Assembly: GCA_964633995.1 (NCBI GenBank)
Contig: CAZWKN010000001.1
Location: 56,218-120,217 of the forward strand
Reading direction: 5' to 3'
Length of the DNA stretch: 64,000 nucleotides
Source of the DNA: an uncultured Gammaproteobacteria bacterium
Lineage (GTDB): Bacteria > Patescibacteriota > Microgenomatia > CAZETR01 > Amesbacteraceae
Positions 54,673 through 64,000 of this stretch are shown one piece after another. Made by a program: the position numbers and the translations under genes. The notes below the pieces were generated by a model, which worked only from the letters and a program-made list of their open reading frames with translations, was not told where the DNA came from and made no database searches. Position 1 is the stretch's first letter. Every line of letters starts with the position of its first letter.

Positions 54673-55303
54673 GGTGTTTAAAGTAGTTCTCATATTAGAT
54701 TTAGTTCTGGTTAACGTTGTTTTGGGGTATTTAGTTTACAAATTTCAATCACCAATTCCCAAGGAACAAACAACTTCCAATAACCAAATTACAAATTTAA
54801 AAACTGAGTATTTGGATAAATGTGGGGAGGAGTGTTTGAAGGTAATTCGTTTGGAAGTAGCGAAGTTGGAACCTAGTTTACCGGTAGCTACTGTAAGTCC
54901 GACTATAATTACGAAGGTTGTTAAATCTAAAATTCGAACCGTGCAGTATGTGACGGTTCCGGGATCTGGATATACGTCGGCAAATAGTTGGAGTGATGTG
55001 CCGGGCACCGATTTTTATTTTGACACCAAGGATTACCCTGGGCTTTTGGAAGTGTATTTTGAGTCTACGGAGAGTCTGTTGAATGGGAATGGGGTGGCAT
55101 ATGTGCGACTTTTTGATGTTACTCACGGAATTGGAGTACAGGGGAGTGATACGCAGACATCGGCCCAGACGGCGGGGGTAGTGACTAGTGGCAAGGTCAA
55201 TTTTTGGTCTGGAAGAAATTTGATTAGGGTGCAGGCCAAAAGCCTGACCGCCGATACTGCAGTTTATGCAACGGGGAGGCTAAGAATAGTAACAGAAAAC
55301 TAA
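54647..55303 (+). CDS. Hypothetical membrane-anchored protein
   Basis: 218 aa, one N-terminal TM helix. Confidence 0.4.
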   Translation: MEQFTLRNKVFKVVLILDLVLVNVVLGYLVYKFQSPIPKEQTTSNNQITNLKTEYLDKCGEECLKVIRLEVAKLEPSLPVATVSPTIITKVVKSKIRTVQYVTVPGSGYTSANSWSDVPGTDFYFDTKDYPGLLEVYFESTESLLNGNGVAYVRLFDVTHGIGVQGSDTQTSAQTAGVVTSGKVNFWSGRNLIRVQAKSLTADTAVYATGRLRIVTEN

Positions 55304-55354
55304 TTTACCAGATTTCGCGGCCGCGAAAAATGGTAAAAGTTTGGATGCAATAAT

Positions 55355-56284
55355 TTGGGGATGGATGAAGGGGGGAAATCGGAGGGATCGCCCAAAACCG
55401 GGGATAGTCAAAATTATTATGAACGTTTGGGGGTTGCGCGTGGTGCGTCTGAAAAAGAGATAAAGGTTGCATTTAGAAAAGGAGCGAGAGGTGTCCACCC
55501 GGATGTTAATAAAGGCCCGGATGCAGAAGAAAAGTTTAAACAGATAAATGAGGCATATGGGGTGCTTTCTGATAAGGCAAAAAGGGCAGCATATGATGAG
55601 AGTCTTGATAGGCCAACACCATCTCCAATTCCCGAAACTTATGAACAACAACTTGCCAGGCAGGAGAGGGAGAGGAGAGCGCAAGAGGCAAGAGATGAAG
55701 CTGCACATAAAGAACGAATGGCGGAATTTGCCAGGAAAAAAGCAGAAAGAGAGAATGCGAGACAGGAAAAAGCTGCGAAAACCGAAGAATTATTAGAAGC
55801 GCGATCGAAACTGGCTGAAGTGAAACTGGCTGAGGAAGCGAAAGATTTGGCGAAAAAAGCAGGTGAGGTTGTTGGTAGAAGACTTTCGGCTTGTATTTAT
55901 GATCCAAAGCGGATTATCCAGGCTGATGTTGATAGAGATTTTTTGGCCAGGACCCTCCCATTGGGGCCTTTGGCGACTATCGCTACGAGAAGATCAACCG
56001 TAGATACTGTTCTCTTGAATCTTTCTAACAATAATAGTCTGAGAGAAGCATTGGGGCAGCATTGGGCTGGAGTCCAGCCAAAACTGGTTTTGGATAATAC
56101 GGAGTCTGTTTTAGAAAGCCGATTGACGGAAGTTGTTTTGGCAAAAAAATATGAGCAGCTTCATGGGAGTGAGATGGCCGTGCCACACGACCCACTATTT
56201 CCTGCAAATAGGATGGAATATTTAGCAGGATTTAGAAATGGGTGGAGTGCGGTTGAGGAAGAAAATGCTAAAATTAAGAAATGA
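55355..56284 (+). CDS. J-domain protein (not canonical DnaJ; lacks the Cys-rich zinc finger)
   Basis: J domain with HPD (YYERLGV...[26 protein letters not shown]), followed by a charged low-complexity region. Confidence 0.7.
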   Translation: MGMDEGGKSEGSPKTGDSQNYYERLGVARGASEKEIKVAFRKGARGVHPDVNKGPDAEEKFKQINEAYGVLSDKAKRAAYDESLDRPTPSPIPETYEQQLARQERERRAQEARDEAAHKERMAEFARKKAERENARQEKAAKTEELLEARSKLAEVKLAEEAKDLAKKAGEVVGRRLSACIYDPKRIIQADVDRDFLARTLPLGPLATIATRRSTVDTVLLNLSNNNSLREALGQHWAGVQPKLVLDNTESVLESRLTEVVLAKKYEQLHGSEMAVPHDPLFPANRMEYLAGFRNGWSAVEEENAKIKK

Positions 56285-56958
56285 AAAAGGTTAGTGTGAG
56301 GGGGGTGATATTTGATTTGGATGGGACGGTGTTTGATAATGAGGGAGAGTGGGAAGCAGCCTTTAGGGTCGTAATGGACAATGGACATTTGACAATTGAC
56401 AATGGAGGGAGGAATGGGTGGGTGCATGAGCCGGGGATTGGGATAGGGCCAAATTGGCGGAAGTTGATACCCCATGATCCAGCAAAGATTGAGAAACTGA
56501 CATTGGAAACATGCAAAGTCTATCAGGAACAATTTGCCAGTTTGAGGGTAAGGGATGGACTATTAGATCTCGTGGAAAAAATTAAGGAGAAAGGACTTTT
56601 GACCGGACTGGCGACGGGAAGTAGTTGGAACATGGTGGAAAGAGAATTGGAAGAGCTTAATTTATACTTGGCTTTTGACGTTACTACTACTGGCGAAGAA
56701 GTATTGGTGCAAAAACCTGATCCGGAAATATATTTACTGACTGCAGGTAAGTTGGAATTGGATCCAACTGAGTGTGTAGTTATTGAAGACGCCGTTGCTG
56801 GCGTGCAGGCGGCGGTAGAAGCCGGGTGCCGGGTGGTGGGAATAAAATCTGAATATGCCAGTGAGGAAATGCTTAAGAATGCGGGGTGTGAATGGGTGGT
56901 GGAAAGTTTGGAAGAGGTGGCAGATTTGATTTTAGTTGACGAGGGGAGTATACTATAA
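56281..56958 (+). CDS. HAD-superfamily hydrolase (beta-phosphoglucomutase-like)
   Basis: Motif [10 protein letters not shown], plus motif II/III-like segments. Confidence 0.75.
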   Translation: MKKVSVRGVIFDLDGTVFDNEGEWEAAFRVVMDNGHLTIDNGGRNGWVHEPGIGIGPNWRKLIPHDPAKIEKLTLETCKVYQEQFASLRVRDGLLDLVEKIKEKGLLTGLATGSSWNMVERELEELNLYLAFDVTTTGEEVLVQKPDPEIYLLTAGKLELDPTECVVIEDAVAGVQAAVEAGCRVVGIKSEYASEEMLKNAGCEWVVESLEEVADLILVDEGSIL

Positions 56959-56963
56959 GACAT

Positions 56964-57251
56964 ATGAGCGTAGTACAAAGTGCATTAGGATTATATCTCT
57001 CTGGCGTGATGGCATTTATTGGAGCTGAGGGGGTAGGGCCTAGGGGAATTGAGATCATTAATGTTGATGGTAGTAGAATATTGTGTCCTGCTGGAAAAGA
57101 AGTGGGGATTTACATGCCACCCGAGGGTAGCGTGACCTCAACGGTTTCGACAAATTGTAACCGTACGATGAGGATTGGTCCTGGTATGAGGGTTTTACGG
57201 GATGGAAAAGAGTGGCGCGTAACTGAACTTAATCCGCGTAGTGTTAGGTAA
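56964..57251 (+). CDS. Hypothetical protein
   Basis: 95-aa ORF. Confidence 0.3.
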   Translation: MSVVQSALGLYLSGVMAFIGAEGVGPRGIEIINVDGSRILCPAGKEVGIYMPPEGSVTSTVSTNCNRTMRIGPGMRVLRDGKEWRVTELNPRSVR

Positions 57252-57302
57252 GCTAAATAGTGCTGTATTGAATTGGGCTTGGGGAATTCGTATCATTGAT
57301 GG

Positions 57303-57749
57303 GTGAAGTTTTTGTATTTGATATTAGGAGTGATTGGGGTGGGGTTGGTGGTGGTGTTTTTGAATTTGTTGGTATTAAGTCCCAAGAAAGTGCAAAAAGG
57401 GGTAGAGCTACTTAGGCAATCTAGCCCGCCAAGTTTGGCCTGGAAACAGGAGTTGAAGGCTTTGATTGGTGCTGACGTTGGTAGACATGTAATTGACACC
57501 GATCCGGATTTTTTGATAGTTTTGGGTACGGTAGATCGGATTGAGCCGCATTTGGTGCTTAAAGCCGGTAACGCGGAAATTGAGATAGTGACATCGCCGG
57601 AGACGGAGTACCAGAGAATTGTTGGAACTAACTTGGCTTCAGCCAGACGGGCTAGTATGGTAGAGATAACAAAGGGTGCGAGTTTAATTGTAAGATTGGT
57701 AGCAGCGAATGGGAAATATGTGGCGAAATATATTCAGATTCAGCAGTAG
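57303..57749 (+). CDS. Hypothetical membrane-anchored protein
   Basis: 148 aa, N-terminal TM helix. Confidence 0.35.
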   Translation: MKFLYLILGVIGVGLVVVFLNLLVLSPKKVQKGVELLRQSSPPSLAWKQELKALIGADVGRHVIDTDPDFLIVLGTVDRIEPHLVLKAGNAEIEIVTSPETEYQRIVGTNLASARRASMVEITKGASLIVRLVAANGKYVAKYIQIQQ

Positions 57750-59910
57750 TCTGGTAATAATCTTGGTGTTTGGGTTGATTGCGTTACCCGGACGGATTTT
57801 GGCGTTGTCGTATGGTACATCGTGTGGTTGGACAGGGACTCAATGTGGAGTTTCGGTGTGCACGGCCTACGAAGATATTGGTAAGCCATGCGCCATGTCT
57901 GGTGGACAGTGTTGGTGTTCGTATTCTGTGGGCTGTACCAGCTCCGGGTGTTGGCCGGCTGCATGTACCGGAACAACGGTTTTTACAATGCAGCCGAATT
58001 CGTATTGTGCGCCCGACCCCACCAATACTCCGGTGCCGACTGATATTCCTGGCGGAGTGATGTATTGTGGTAATTGTGATGCGGGTACATGTGGGTTGAT
58101 GGACGCGGCTGGTTGCGCTACGGTTGGAGACACAGATGGAAATGGGGTATGTAGTGGAAATTGCGCCGGCACTACTCCTTCGGCGTGTAATCCTGGAACT
58201 TTTATCGGAAGTACGATTTCGAGCACTCAATTAAACCCGGGTCAATCTGTAAACGTAAGCTGTGATTATGGAGTGACGCCTGATTGTATCTGGCCTGATT
58301 TGCCAACCCCTTGTACTTGGACGGGTAATTCGGGATCGGTGATTAACTTTAACTGTACGGCACCATTGGTTAACGGTAGTTATAACGTCTCGTGTGGCAT
58401 GCATACGGGAACCGGGGGAAATTGTTGTGCATCCACTAATAGTGGTCCAGCGTTTAACGTGGGTCCGACGCCAACTGCTATACCAATACCTACGTGTAAT
58501 TTGACTGGGCCTGTGAAAGTTTGTCAAAACCAATCATTTGGCCCGTTTGGGGCAACAACCAATGGTACTGCCGGTGGGGTGACTAGTGTGGGAATATATG
58601 AGTCTTTGGTTTCTACTCCAAATGCCTGGGATACAATTGTGACGACTAATGGTACAAGTGTATCTGGTAATTGGGTGTTTAGTTCTTTAGGAAATCATTA
58701 CGCAGTGTGTAACGCGTATAACACTCCCGGGGGAACTAAATGTTCGGGAAATGCGCCAGGAGGAACTATGGATTTGTGGGGAAATCCATTGATTAGTTGG
58801 TCTGACTGTGGAAGTTTGGATGTACTAACAGTGACAAGTGTGACTAATCCTTCGGCCCCTGGAAGTGTTTGGGGGGTAGATGTAGGAAATAAAATTGACG
58901 TTCATTGGACTGCTGGGGCCGGAATGACTGGATATAATGTATATCGAGGAACAGACGCATCGGGTGTACTTTTGACTCCAGTTCCACTTGCTTCGACCAC
59001 CACTAGCTTTGTCGATGCCACTGCGATTTGTGGTTCGTTGCAGTCTTATTATGTTGAGTCGGTAAATTCGGCTAACCCAGTTAGTTGTCAGGCTTCGGGT
59101 AGTGTAGGATTTGGGAGCTGTATAAATTATCAACCTTGGTTTTCGGTTTTTGGTGGAGGAGTGGTGGGTGCAAGTGGCAATGTAGGGACGACAATCCCGT
59201 CAGGTAAATTTATGATAAATGGATCGGGAATGGTTTTTGGGCGGGATTGGTATGGCAATTTAAGCTCTGCAAACGTGTCAACAAATGCATGGATGGTTAA
59301 AAATGATTCCTGGGTAGACATCGCTTCAAAGAATGAAAATAAATATTCGGCACTAAAGGAGCGCTTAATGGTGCAATCGATGCCGATAACAATAAATGCA
59401 GTTGACCCTAATTTAATTACCGTTATTGATTCGGCTTCTAATGGAAACAAGATTTCGGATGTGACTGTGGGATATTCCGGTGCGGGCTTGACTCTAAATT
59501 CTGCACAAAATTTAAACGGACGGAAGATGGTGATTTTGGTGGAAGGGGGGAATGTTAATTTGAACGGCCAGGTTAGGGTAGGGGCGGGGGGATTTTTGGC
59601 TATTTTAGCTAAAAATGACATTAATATTTCTACTACGGTTGGGGAAGGTGTCCCTGGTGATATTACTCTTGCGGGTTATGCTCCTCATCTTGAAGGCATA
59701 TTTTATGCTCAAGGCAGTATCTATACTGGAGTTGGGGTAAAACAATTGCGAATAGACGGATCTTTGGTGGGAATGGGTGGTGTGTCTTTACAAAGAACGT
59801 ATATGGGTCAATACCCGGCAGAATATGTATATTTTAGACCTGATCTTGCGGATATCATGACCAAATTAAATTTGAGGAAGAAAGTTTTACAAGAACAAGT
59901 AAATCCCTAA
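57718..59910 (+). CDS. Large secreted cysteine-rich protein
   Basis: Signal/TM N-terminus, then ~230 aa with about 40 Cys in CxxxC/CG patterns. A fibronectin-III-like segment (WTAGAGMTGYNVYRG) follows. The C-terminal region is Gly/Asn-rich and beta-helix-like. The start was set at the in-frame Met 57718. Confidence 0.55.
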   Translation: MWRNIFRFSSSLVIILVFGLIALPGRILALSYGTSCGWTGTQCGVSVCTAYEDIGKPCAMSGGQCWCSYSVGCTSSGCWPAACTGTTVFTMQPNSYCAPDPTNTPVPTDIPGGVMYCGNCDAGTCGLMDAAGCATVGDTDGNGVCSGNCAGTTPSACNPGTFIGSTISSTQLNPGQSVNVSCDYGVTPDCIWPDLPTPCTWTGNSGSVINFNCTAPLVNGSYNVSCGMHTGTGGNCCASTNSGPAFNVGPTPTAIPIPTCNLTGPVKVCQNQSFGPFGATTNGTAGGVTSVGIYESLVSTPNAWDTIVTTNGTSVSGNWVFSSLGNHYAVCNAYNTPGGTKCSGNAPGGTMDLWGNPLISWSDCGSLDVLTVTSVTNPSAPGSVWGVDVGNKIDVHWTAGAGMTGYNVYRGTDASGVLLTPVPLASTTTSFVDATAICGSLQSYYVESVNSANPVSCQASGSVGFGSCINYQPWFSVFGGGVVGASGNVGTTIPSGKFMINGSGMVFGRDWYGNLSSANVSTNAWMVKNDSWVDIASKNENKYSALKERLMVQSMPITINAVDPNLITVIDSASNGNKISDVTVGYSGAGLTLNSAQNLNGRKMVILVEGGNVNLNGQVRVGAGGFLAILAKNDINISTTVGEGVPGDITLAGYAPHLEGIFYAQGSIYTGVGVKQLRIDGSLVGMGGVSLQRTYMGQYPAEYVYFRPDLADIMTKLNLRKKVLQEQVNP

Positions 59911-59931
59911 TAAATATATAATGAATAGACC

Positions 59932-61179
59932 ATGAAGAAGTGGAATGTGGGACCGGGAATTGTAACTGGGGCTGCAGACGATGATCCGTCTGGGATTGCC
60001 ACATTTGCACTGGCAGGGGCAAGATTTGGATTTTCCATGTTGTGGGTGAGTCTTTTTACAATTCCATTTATGGCGGCGGTGCAAGAGATGTGTGCTCGGA
60101 TCGGAATGGAGACAAAAGTGGGGTTGATGGGGGCTTTGAAAAAATGTTTCCCTCATAAAAGGGCTAAACCGTTTTTGGTTTTATTGGCTGGTTTGGTGTT
60201 TTTGGCCAATACATTGAACGTGGGAGCTGACGTGTCGGCGATGGTTGCTACCACCAGATTGCTTGTGGCAGTTCCTGAGGTGGTGCTGGCTATAATATAT
60301 GTCGTAGTATTGGGATTTTTGGTGGTAGTGGGTTCATATAAAACGGTGGCCTCGGTGTTTAAGTGGCTGAGCATGATTCTGTTTTTATATATATTTTCAG
60401 CTCTTTTGGCCCATTTAAACTGGAAAGATGTGCTGATGGGTACATTGTTTCCGAAGATTTCGTGGACGAAAGACTACTTTATGATGTTGGTGGCTATGTT
60501 GGGTACCACTATTAGTCCTTATTTATTTTTTTGGCAGGCTTCTGAAGAGGTCGAGGAAAAAGAGGAGGATGCAAGACTCCGGGGGATTTCTAGAATAGAG
60601 TTGACGAAAAAGGATCTAGGGATAATGCGTAAAGATGTGCTAATTGGAATGGCCTTTTCGAATATAGCAATGTATTTTGTGGTTGCGGCAACAGCCGGAA
60701 CCTTACATGCGCATGGTATTACCAATGTATTGACGCCGGTAGATGCGGCAGTAGCGCTGGAGCCTGTAGCCGGAAGATTCAGCGCTCTTTTTTTTACTTT
60801 AGGGGTATTGGGTACTGGTATGTTGGCGATCCCGGTTTTGGCAGGTTCTGCGGCTTATGCGGTTGGTGAAACCTTTGATCTTAGTACGGGTCTCAATAAA
60901 TCGTGGCAGAAAGCGAGGGGTTTTTACGGGATATTTATTGCGGCTTTGGTGGGAGGGCTAATTTTGTCGGTTGTGGGTTTTGATCCAATTAAGTTGCTAT
61001 TTTATACTGCGGTGGTGTTTGGTGTGATTTCTCCACCGTTGATAGCGTTGGTTTTGTGGGTTGCGAACTCAAAGCGTGTGATGGGGGATCGGGTCAATGG
61101 AGGGATAGCAAACACCCTGGGATTTATGACGCTACTAATTATGTCTGTTGCGGCGGTTGTTATGTTTGTGGTAACCTAA
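59932..61179 (+). CDS. NRAMP-family divalent metal transporter (MntH-like)
   Basis: GPGIVTGAADDDPSGIAT (compare GPGFL...DPGN) and MAAVQEMCARIG; ~11 TM helices. Confidence 0.65.
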   Translation: MKKWNVGPGIVTGAADDDPSGIATFALAGARFGFSMLWVSLFTIPFMAAVQEMCARIGMETKVGLMGALKKCFPHKRAKPFLVLLAGLVFLANTLNVGADVSAMVATTRLLVAVPEVVLAIIYVVVLGFLVVVGSYKTVASVFKWLSMILFLYIFSALLAHLNWKDVLMGTLFPKISWTKDYFMMLVAMLGTTISPYLFFWQASEEVEEKEEDARLRGISRIELTKKDLGIMRKDVLIGMAFSNIAMYFVVAATAGTLHAHGITNVLTPVDAAVALEPVAGRFSALFFTLGVLGTGMLAIPVLAGSAAYAVGETFDLSTGLNKSWQKARGFYGIFIAALVGGLILSVVGFDPIKLLFYTAVVFGVISPPLIALVLWVANSKRVMGDRVNGGIANTLGFMTLLIMSVAAVVMFVVT

Positions 61180-61184
61180 GTTCA

Positions 61185-61802
61185 ATGCCCAATGAAGAAC
61201 CAAAGACTGATAAGCCGAGTGTGAGATTTGAAACCGTGGTTGAGGCTCCGGTAGTGGAGAGCCCGGTGGAACAACTAGCTTCGGTACCTGAGACTTCGGT
61301 ACCTGACCATATTTATGTGAAGCAAAGTAAGAGAGTTGGCGGAGAGTGGTTGTGGGTTGTGTTGGCTTTTGTGTTGGGAGGCGTGGTCGGTGGTGTGGGT
61401 GGATTTGTGGTTTGGGGAAAATCGCAGGCTAAGATAGTTCCTAGTTCGTCGTTTTCCCAAGAAGAGGCAACAGTGGCTCCTACTGCCGAACCAAGCCCTA
61501 CCATCTCTGTAAGTGTGAAGAGAAGCGATTTAAAGGTGAAGGTGTTGAATGGGAGCGGGGTCGTTGGGGCTGCGTCTTTGGCAAAGACTTTCTTGGAGAG
61601 TATGGGGTATAAGGGCGTGTCAACTGGTAATGCAGATAAGACTGATGTGGAAAAAACGAGTATTGCAATTAAGGTCAGTAAAAGAGAATTTTTGGATACT
61701 TTGCGGTCGGATTTGGGTAGTAAGTACACTTTGGAGGTTGGTGGGGATGATTTGGACTCCGATAGTGTTTATGATGTAGTGGTGACCTTGGGGCTTAAAT
61801 AG
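61185..61802 (+). CDS. Membrane protein with a C-terminal LytR_C-like domain
   Basis: The in-frame ATG at 61185 avoids overlap with the NRAMP gene. TM helix, then VKVLNGSGVVGAASLAKTFLESMGYKGVSTGNA. Confidence 0.5.
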   Translation: MPNEEPKTDKPSVRFETVVEAPVVESPVEQLASVPETSVPDHIYVKQSKRVGGEWLWVVLAFVLGGVVGGVGGFVVWGKSQAKIVPSSSFSQEEATVAPTAEPSPTISVSVKRSDLKVKVLNGSGVVGAASLAKTFLESMGYKGVSTGNADKTDVEKTSIAIKVSKREFLDTLRSDLGSKYTLEVGGDDLDSDSVYDVVVTLGLK

Positions 61803-63176
61803 TTAGATTAGAAGGCGGACGGTTGTCCCGGCTCCGGGTGATGAGGAAATGGTTATTTCGAGACCGTAAAGCTTGCAAAGCTTGTTGACGATTGACATGC
61901 CCAACCCCGTTCCTCGGCCGACAAATTTGTCGAATATTTTGGCGACTTCTTCACTCGTCATGCCGATGCCGGTATCGGAAATTGAGATTTCAAGTGATTT
62001 GCCGATTTGGGAGGCTTGGATAGCTATAGAACCCTGGTCAGTATTGTACTTGATGCTGTTGGAAATAATATTTCCTAAGATAATTTCCAAGACGTGTTGA
62101 TTGGTGTGAACATGTAAATTGTGATCAACCATGTTGTGAATGACTAGTGATTTTTGCTCTATCTGATGCGAAAGGTTTGATAGAATGCGTGAAATAACGG
62201 GTGAAAGTGTGAAGGTGGTAGATTTGGATGGAGACGCATTGGGGTCTGTCGATTTGGCCAGGGTTAGTAAGGTTTCCAAAATTTGGTTAAGTTCAAATAA
62301 CGAGTTTTTGACTTGAGAAATATATTTGTGCTTGGAGTCTTGGTCTTCTTTGATCAGGGCGAGTTCAAGCGAAGACACGGCCTGGGTAAGAGGGGTTTTC
62401 AGTTCGTGAGAAGCATGGGCAATAAAGTCTTTTTGTTTGGAAAAACTTTCGGAAATCCGATCGATCATGGAATTGTAGGCCGAAGTTAGGGTGAGGATTT
62501 CTGGGGTAGACTTTGGTGGTAGAACTATTTTTTCAAGTAGCTCGTGTGATTTTGTCAGCTGAAGTTTTTTGATAACAGTTTTTAGAGGTGAAAGTGATGT
62601 AGTGCTTACAAAATGGGAAATAAGCCAGATAAAGAAAATGCTTACTGGAAGGAGGATGGATAAAATAGTGATACTCATTCTGGTGATACTGCGAATGAAT
62701 TGAGTTTGCTTGGCAACTTGGATAAGCCCTACTGTATGGCCGTCAATGACCAAGGGGGCGGAATAGGATTCGAAATCTATGCCATCTGATGAAGTAAAGT
62801 CAAAGAAAGTTGTTTTGGACAGGCTGATATTTTTTACCGAGTCCAGTTTATTTGAAGTTTCTAGATCATGATAATATCCATAGGTGCTGATTGGGGTGAG
62901 GTTTGAGTCGTAGATGATTGCCGATAGATCAGATGATCTTAACCTGCTGGATATGGTCTGACCTGATGGGCCATATTTATACTTAATTTGATTGTCAGAA
63001 TAGGTGATTTGGTCGTTTACAAGATCTATGGTTTGGTTTTGTAGAAACGACCTGATGTCTTGTTCGACCAACCAGTAAAATGAAACACCAAACGCAATGG
63101 CAGTAGTTAGCAGGATGATAGTCACGAACAAACTATTGAGTAGGGCAATTCTGGTAGAAATAGTTAGTTTGAACAT
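61803..63176 (-). CDS. Sensor histidine kinase
   Basis: 2 TM helices, HisKA H-box ASHELKTPLT, HATPase_c (GTGLGMSIV). Confidence 0.85.
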   Translation of the reverse strand: MFKLTISTRIALLNSLFVTIILLTTAIAFGVSFYWLVEQDIRSFLQNQTIDLVNDQITYSDNQIKYKYGPSGQTISSRLRSSDLSAIIYDSNLTPISTYGYYHDLETSNKLDSVKNISLSKTTFFDFTSSDGIDFESYSAPLVIDGHTVGLIQVAKQTQFIRSITRMSITILSILLPVSIFFIWLISHFVSTTSLSPLKTVIKKLQLTKSHELLEKIVLPPKSTPEILTLTSAYNSMIDRISESFSKQKDFIAHASHELKTPLTQAVSSLELALIKEDQDSKHKYISQVKNSLFELNQILETLLTLAKSTDPNASPSKSTTFTLSPVISRILSNLSHQIEQKSLVIHNMVDHNLHVHTNQHVLEIILGNIISNSIKYNTDQGSIAIQASQIGKSLEISISDTGIGMTSEEVAKIFDKFVGRGTGLGMSIVNKLCKLYGLEITISSSPGAGTTVRLLI

Positions 63177-63832
63177 AGGACATAACCTTTACCTTTAATG
63201 GTTTGGATAAGTTGGTGTGACACATCACCCAACTTGTGACGTAAGTATCTGATATGAACATCGACTGTGTTTGAGAGCTGATTAGTGTCTTCTCCCCAGA
63301 CGTTTGAAAGAAGTTTTAGCCGATCTTGAGATTGGTTTTTGTATTTGGCCAAATATTCAAGCAAGGCAAACTCTCTGGGGGAAAGATTGATCTCGTGGTT
63401 GTTCTTTGTTACCACTCGAAGGTTGGTATCAATAGTGATGTCTTTTATTTTGATTATTGGATCTGGCAGGGTCTCAGGTCTTCTCATTAAGGCTCGAACT
63501 CTTGCCAGCAATTCATCGATATTAAATGGCTTGGTGAGATAGTCGTCTGCTCCGGCGTCTAAACCCTCGACGAGATCTTCTGTCTGGGATTTAGCTGTGA
63601 GCATTAAAATGGGAGTTGTGCACTCTGCGGATCTAAGGGATTTGGATACTTCTGGACCAGGAAGATCTGGAAGCATCCAGTCCAATATAATTAAATCGTA
63701 ATTTTCCATTAGTGCCTGGTCAATTCCTTTTTCGCCCGTGTGTGCTAAGTCTACCGTATAAGTAGATTCCACGAGTAATTCCTTTAAGTTTTGGGCTATT
63801 TGGCGATCGTCTTCGATGATGAGTATTTTCAT
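63164..63832 (-). CDS. OmpR-family response regulator
   Basis: REC domain (MKILIIEDD, DLIILDWMLPD) and a winged-helix C-terminal domain. Confidence 0.9.
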   Translation of the reverse strand: MKILIIEDDRQIAQNLKELLVESTYTVDLAHTGEKGIDQALMENYDLIILDWMLPDLPGPEVSKSLRSAECTTPILMLTAKSQTEDLVEGLDAGADDYLTKPFNIDELLARVRALMRRPETLPDPIIKIKDITIDTNLRVVTKNNHEINLSPREFALLEYLAKYKNQSQDRLKLLSNVWGEDTNQLSNTVDVHIRYLRHKLGDVSHQLIQTIKGKGYVLCSN

Positions 63833-64000
63833 ATGGCGTATTTTTGCATTTGAGAAAAAATCCTATCGTTGTGCTGATTGTTAAATTCGGTAGTCATATC
63901 CGTATTGCATGTAAATACGTCTCCCCCTGAATGGATTGACCTAAAGGTTGTGATGTCGAATTTTTGCCCTCTGACAACTACGATGCATCGGTTGTCTTTG
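63829..64000 (-). CDS. Partial hypothetical CDS (C-terminal 57 aa) whose TGA overlaps the response-regulator ATG
   Basis: Manual reverse translation gives ...KDNRCIVVVRGQKFDITTFRSIHSGGDVFTCNTDMTTEFNNQHNDRIFSQMQKYAI with an ATGA overlap; it runs off the window. Confidence 0.3.
   Translation of the reverse strand, partial: KDNRCIVVVRGQKFDITTFRSIHSGGDVFTCNTDMTTEFNNQHNDRIFSQMQKYAI

Overview
This 64 kb window is a gene-dense run of mostly housekeeping genes with almost no accessory content. The overall style suggests a small-genome Patescibacteria/CPR-like bacterium, but that is an inference.

Recognised genes include the rpsB-tsf-frr-rseP, rpsU-yqeY-ybeY and dnaX-ybaB-recR groups, plus queA/tgt, cysS, glyA-folD, topA, mreB-mrdA, galU, def-fmt, ddl with a VanX-like dipeptidase and a MurF-like ligase, ribB and rpmB. 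Also present are a GspE/PilB-type pilus ATPase, an MgtA-like P-type ATPase, a K+ channel, an NRAMP transporter, a two-component system and a tandem-GGDEF protein.

Four tRNA genes were identified by hand on the minus strand: Trp-CCA, Thr-GGT, Tyr-GTA and Thr-TGT. No CRISPR array, IS element, reverse transcriptase or integrase was seen.

The most unusual signal is a dispersed family of short degenerate tandem heptanucleotide arrays, mostly with consensus AGTGCTA or AGTGCTC, in at least 12 places. Nearly all lie inside conserved genes, in frame, and in several cases without changing protein length relative to E. coli. Eleven of the twelve have the same orientation on the + strand.

Second, a 49-bp perfect-palindrome element sits in frame inside folD. 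A second copy lies in a composite repeat/palindrome intergenic region at 51.9-52.1 kb.

Third, a candidate T-box-like leader lies upstream of an operon of unknown function. It has two GGGTGGTAC motifs and a GC-rich hairpin that sequesters the Shine-Dalgarno sequence just before the start codon.

All calls were made by eye from the sequence and the supplied ORF track. Nothing was searched or computed.
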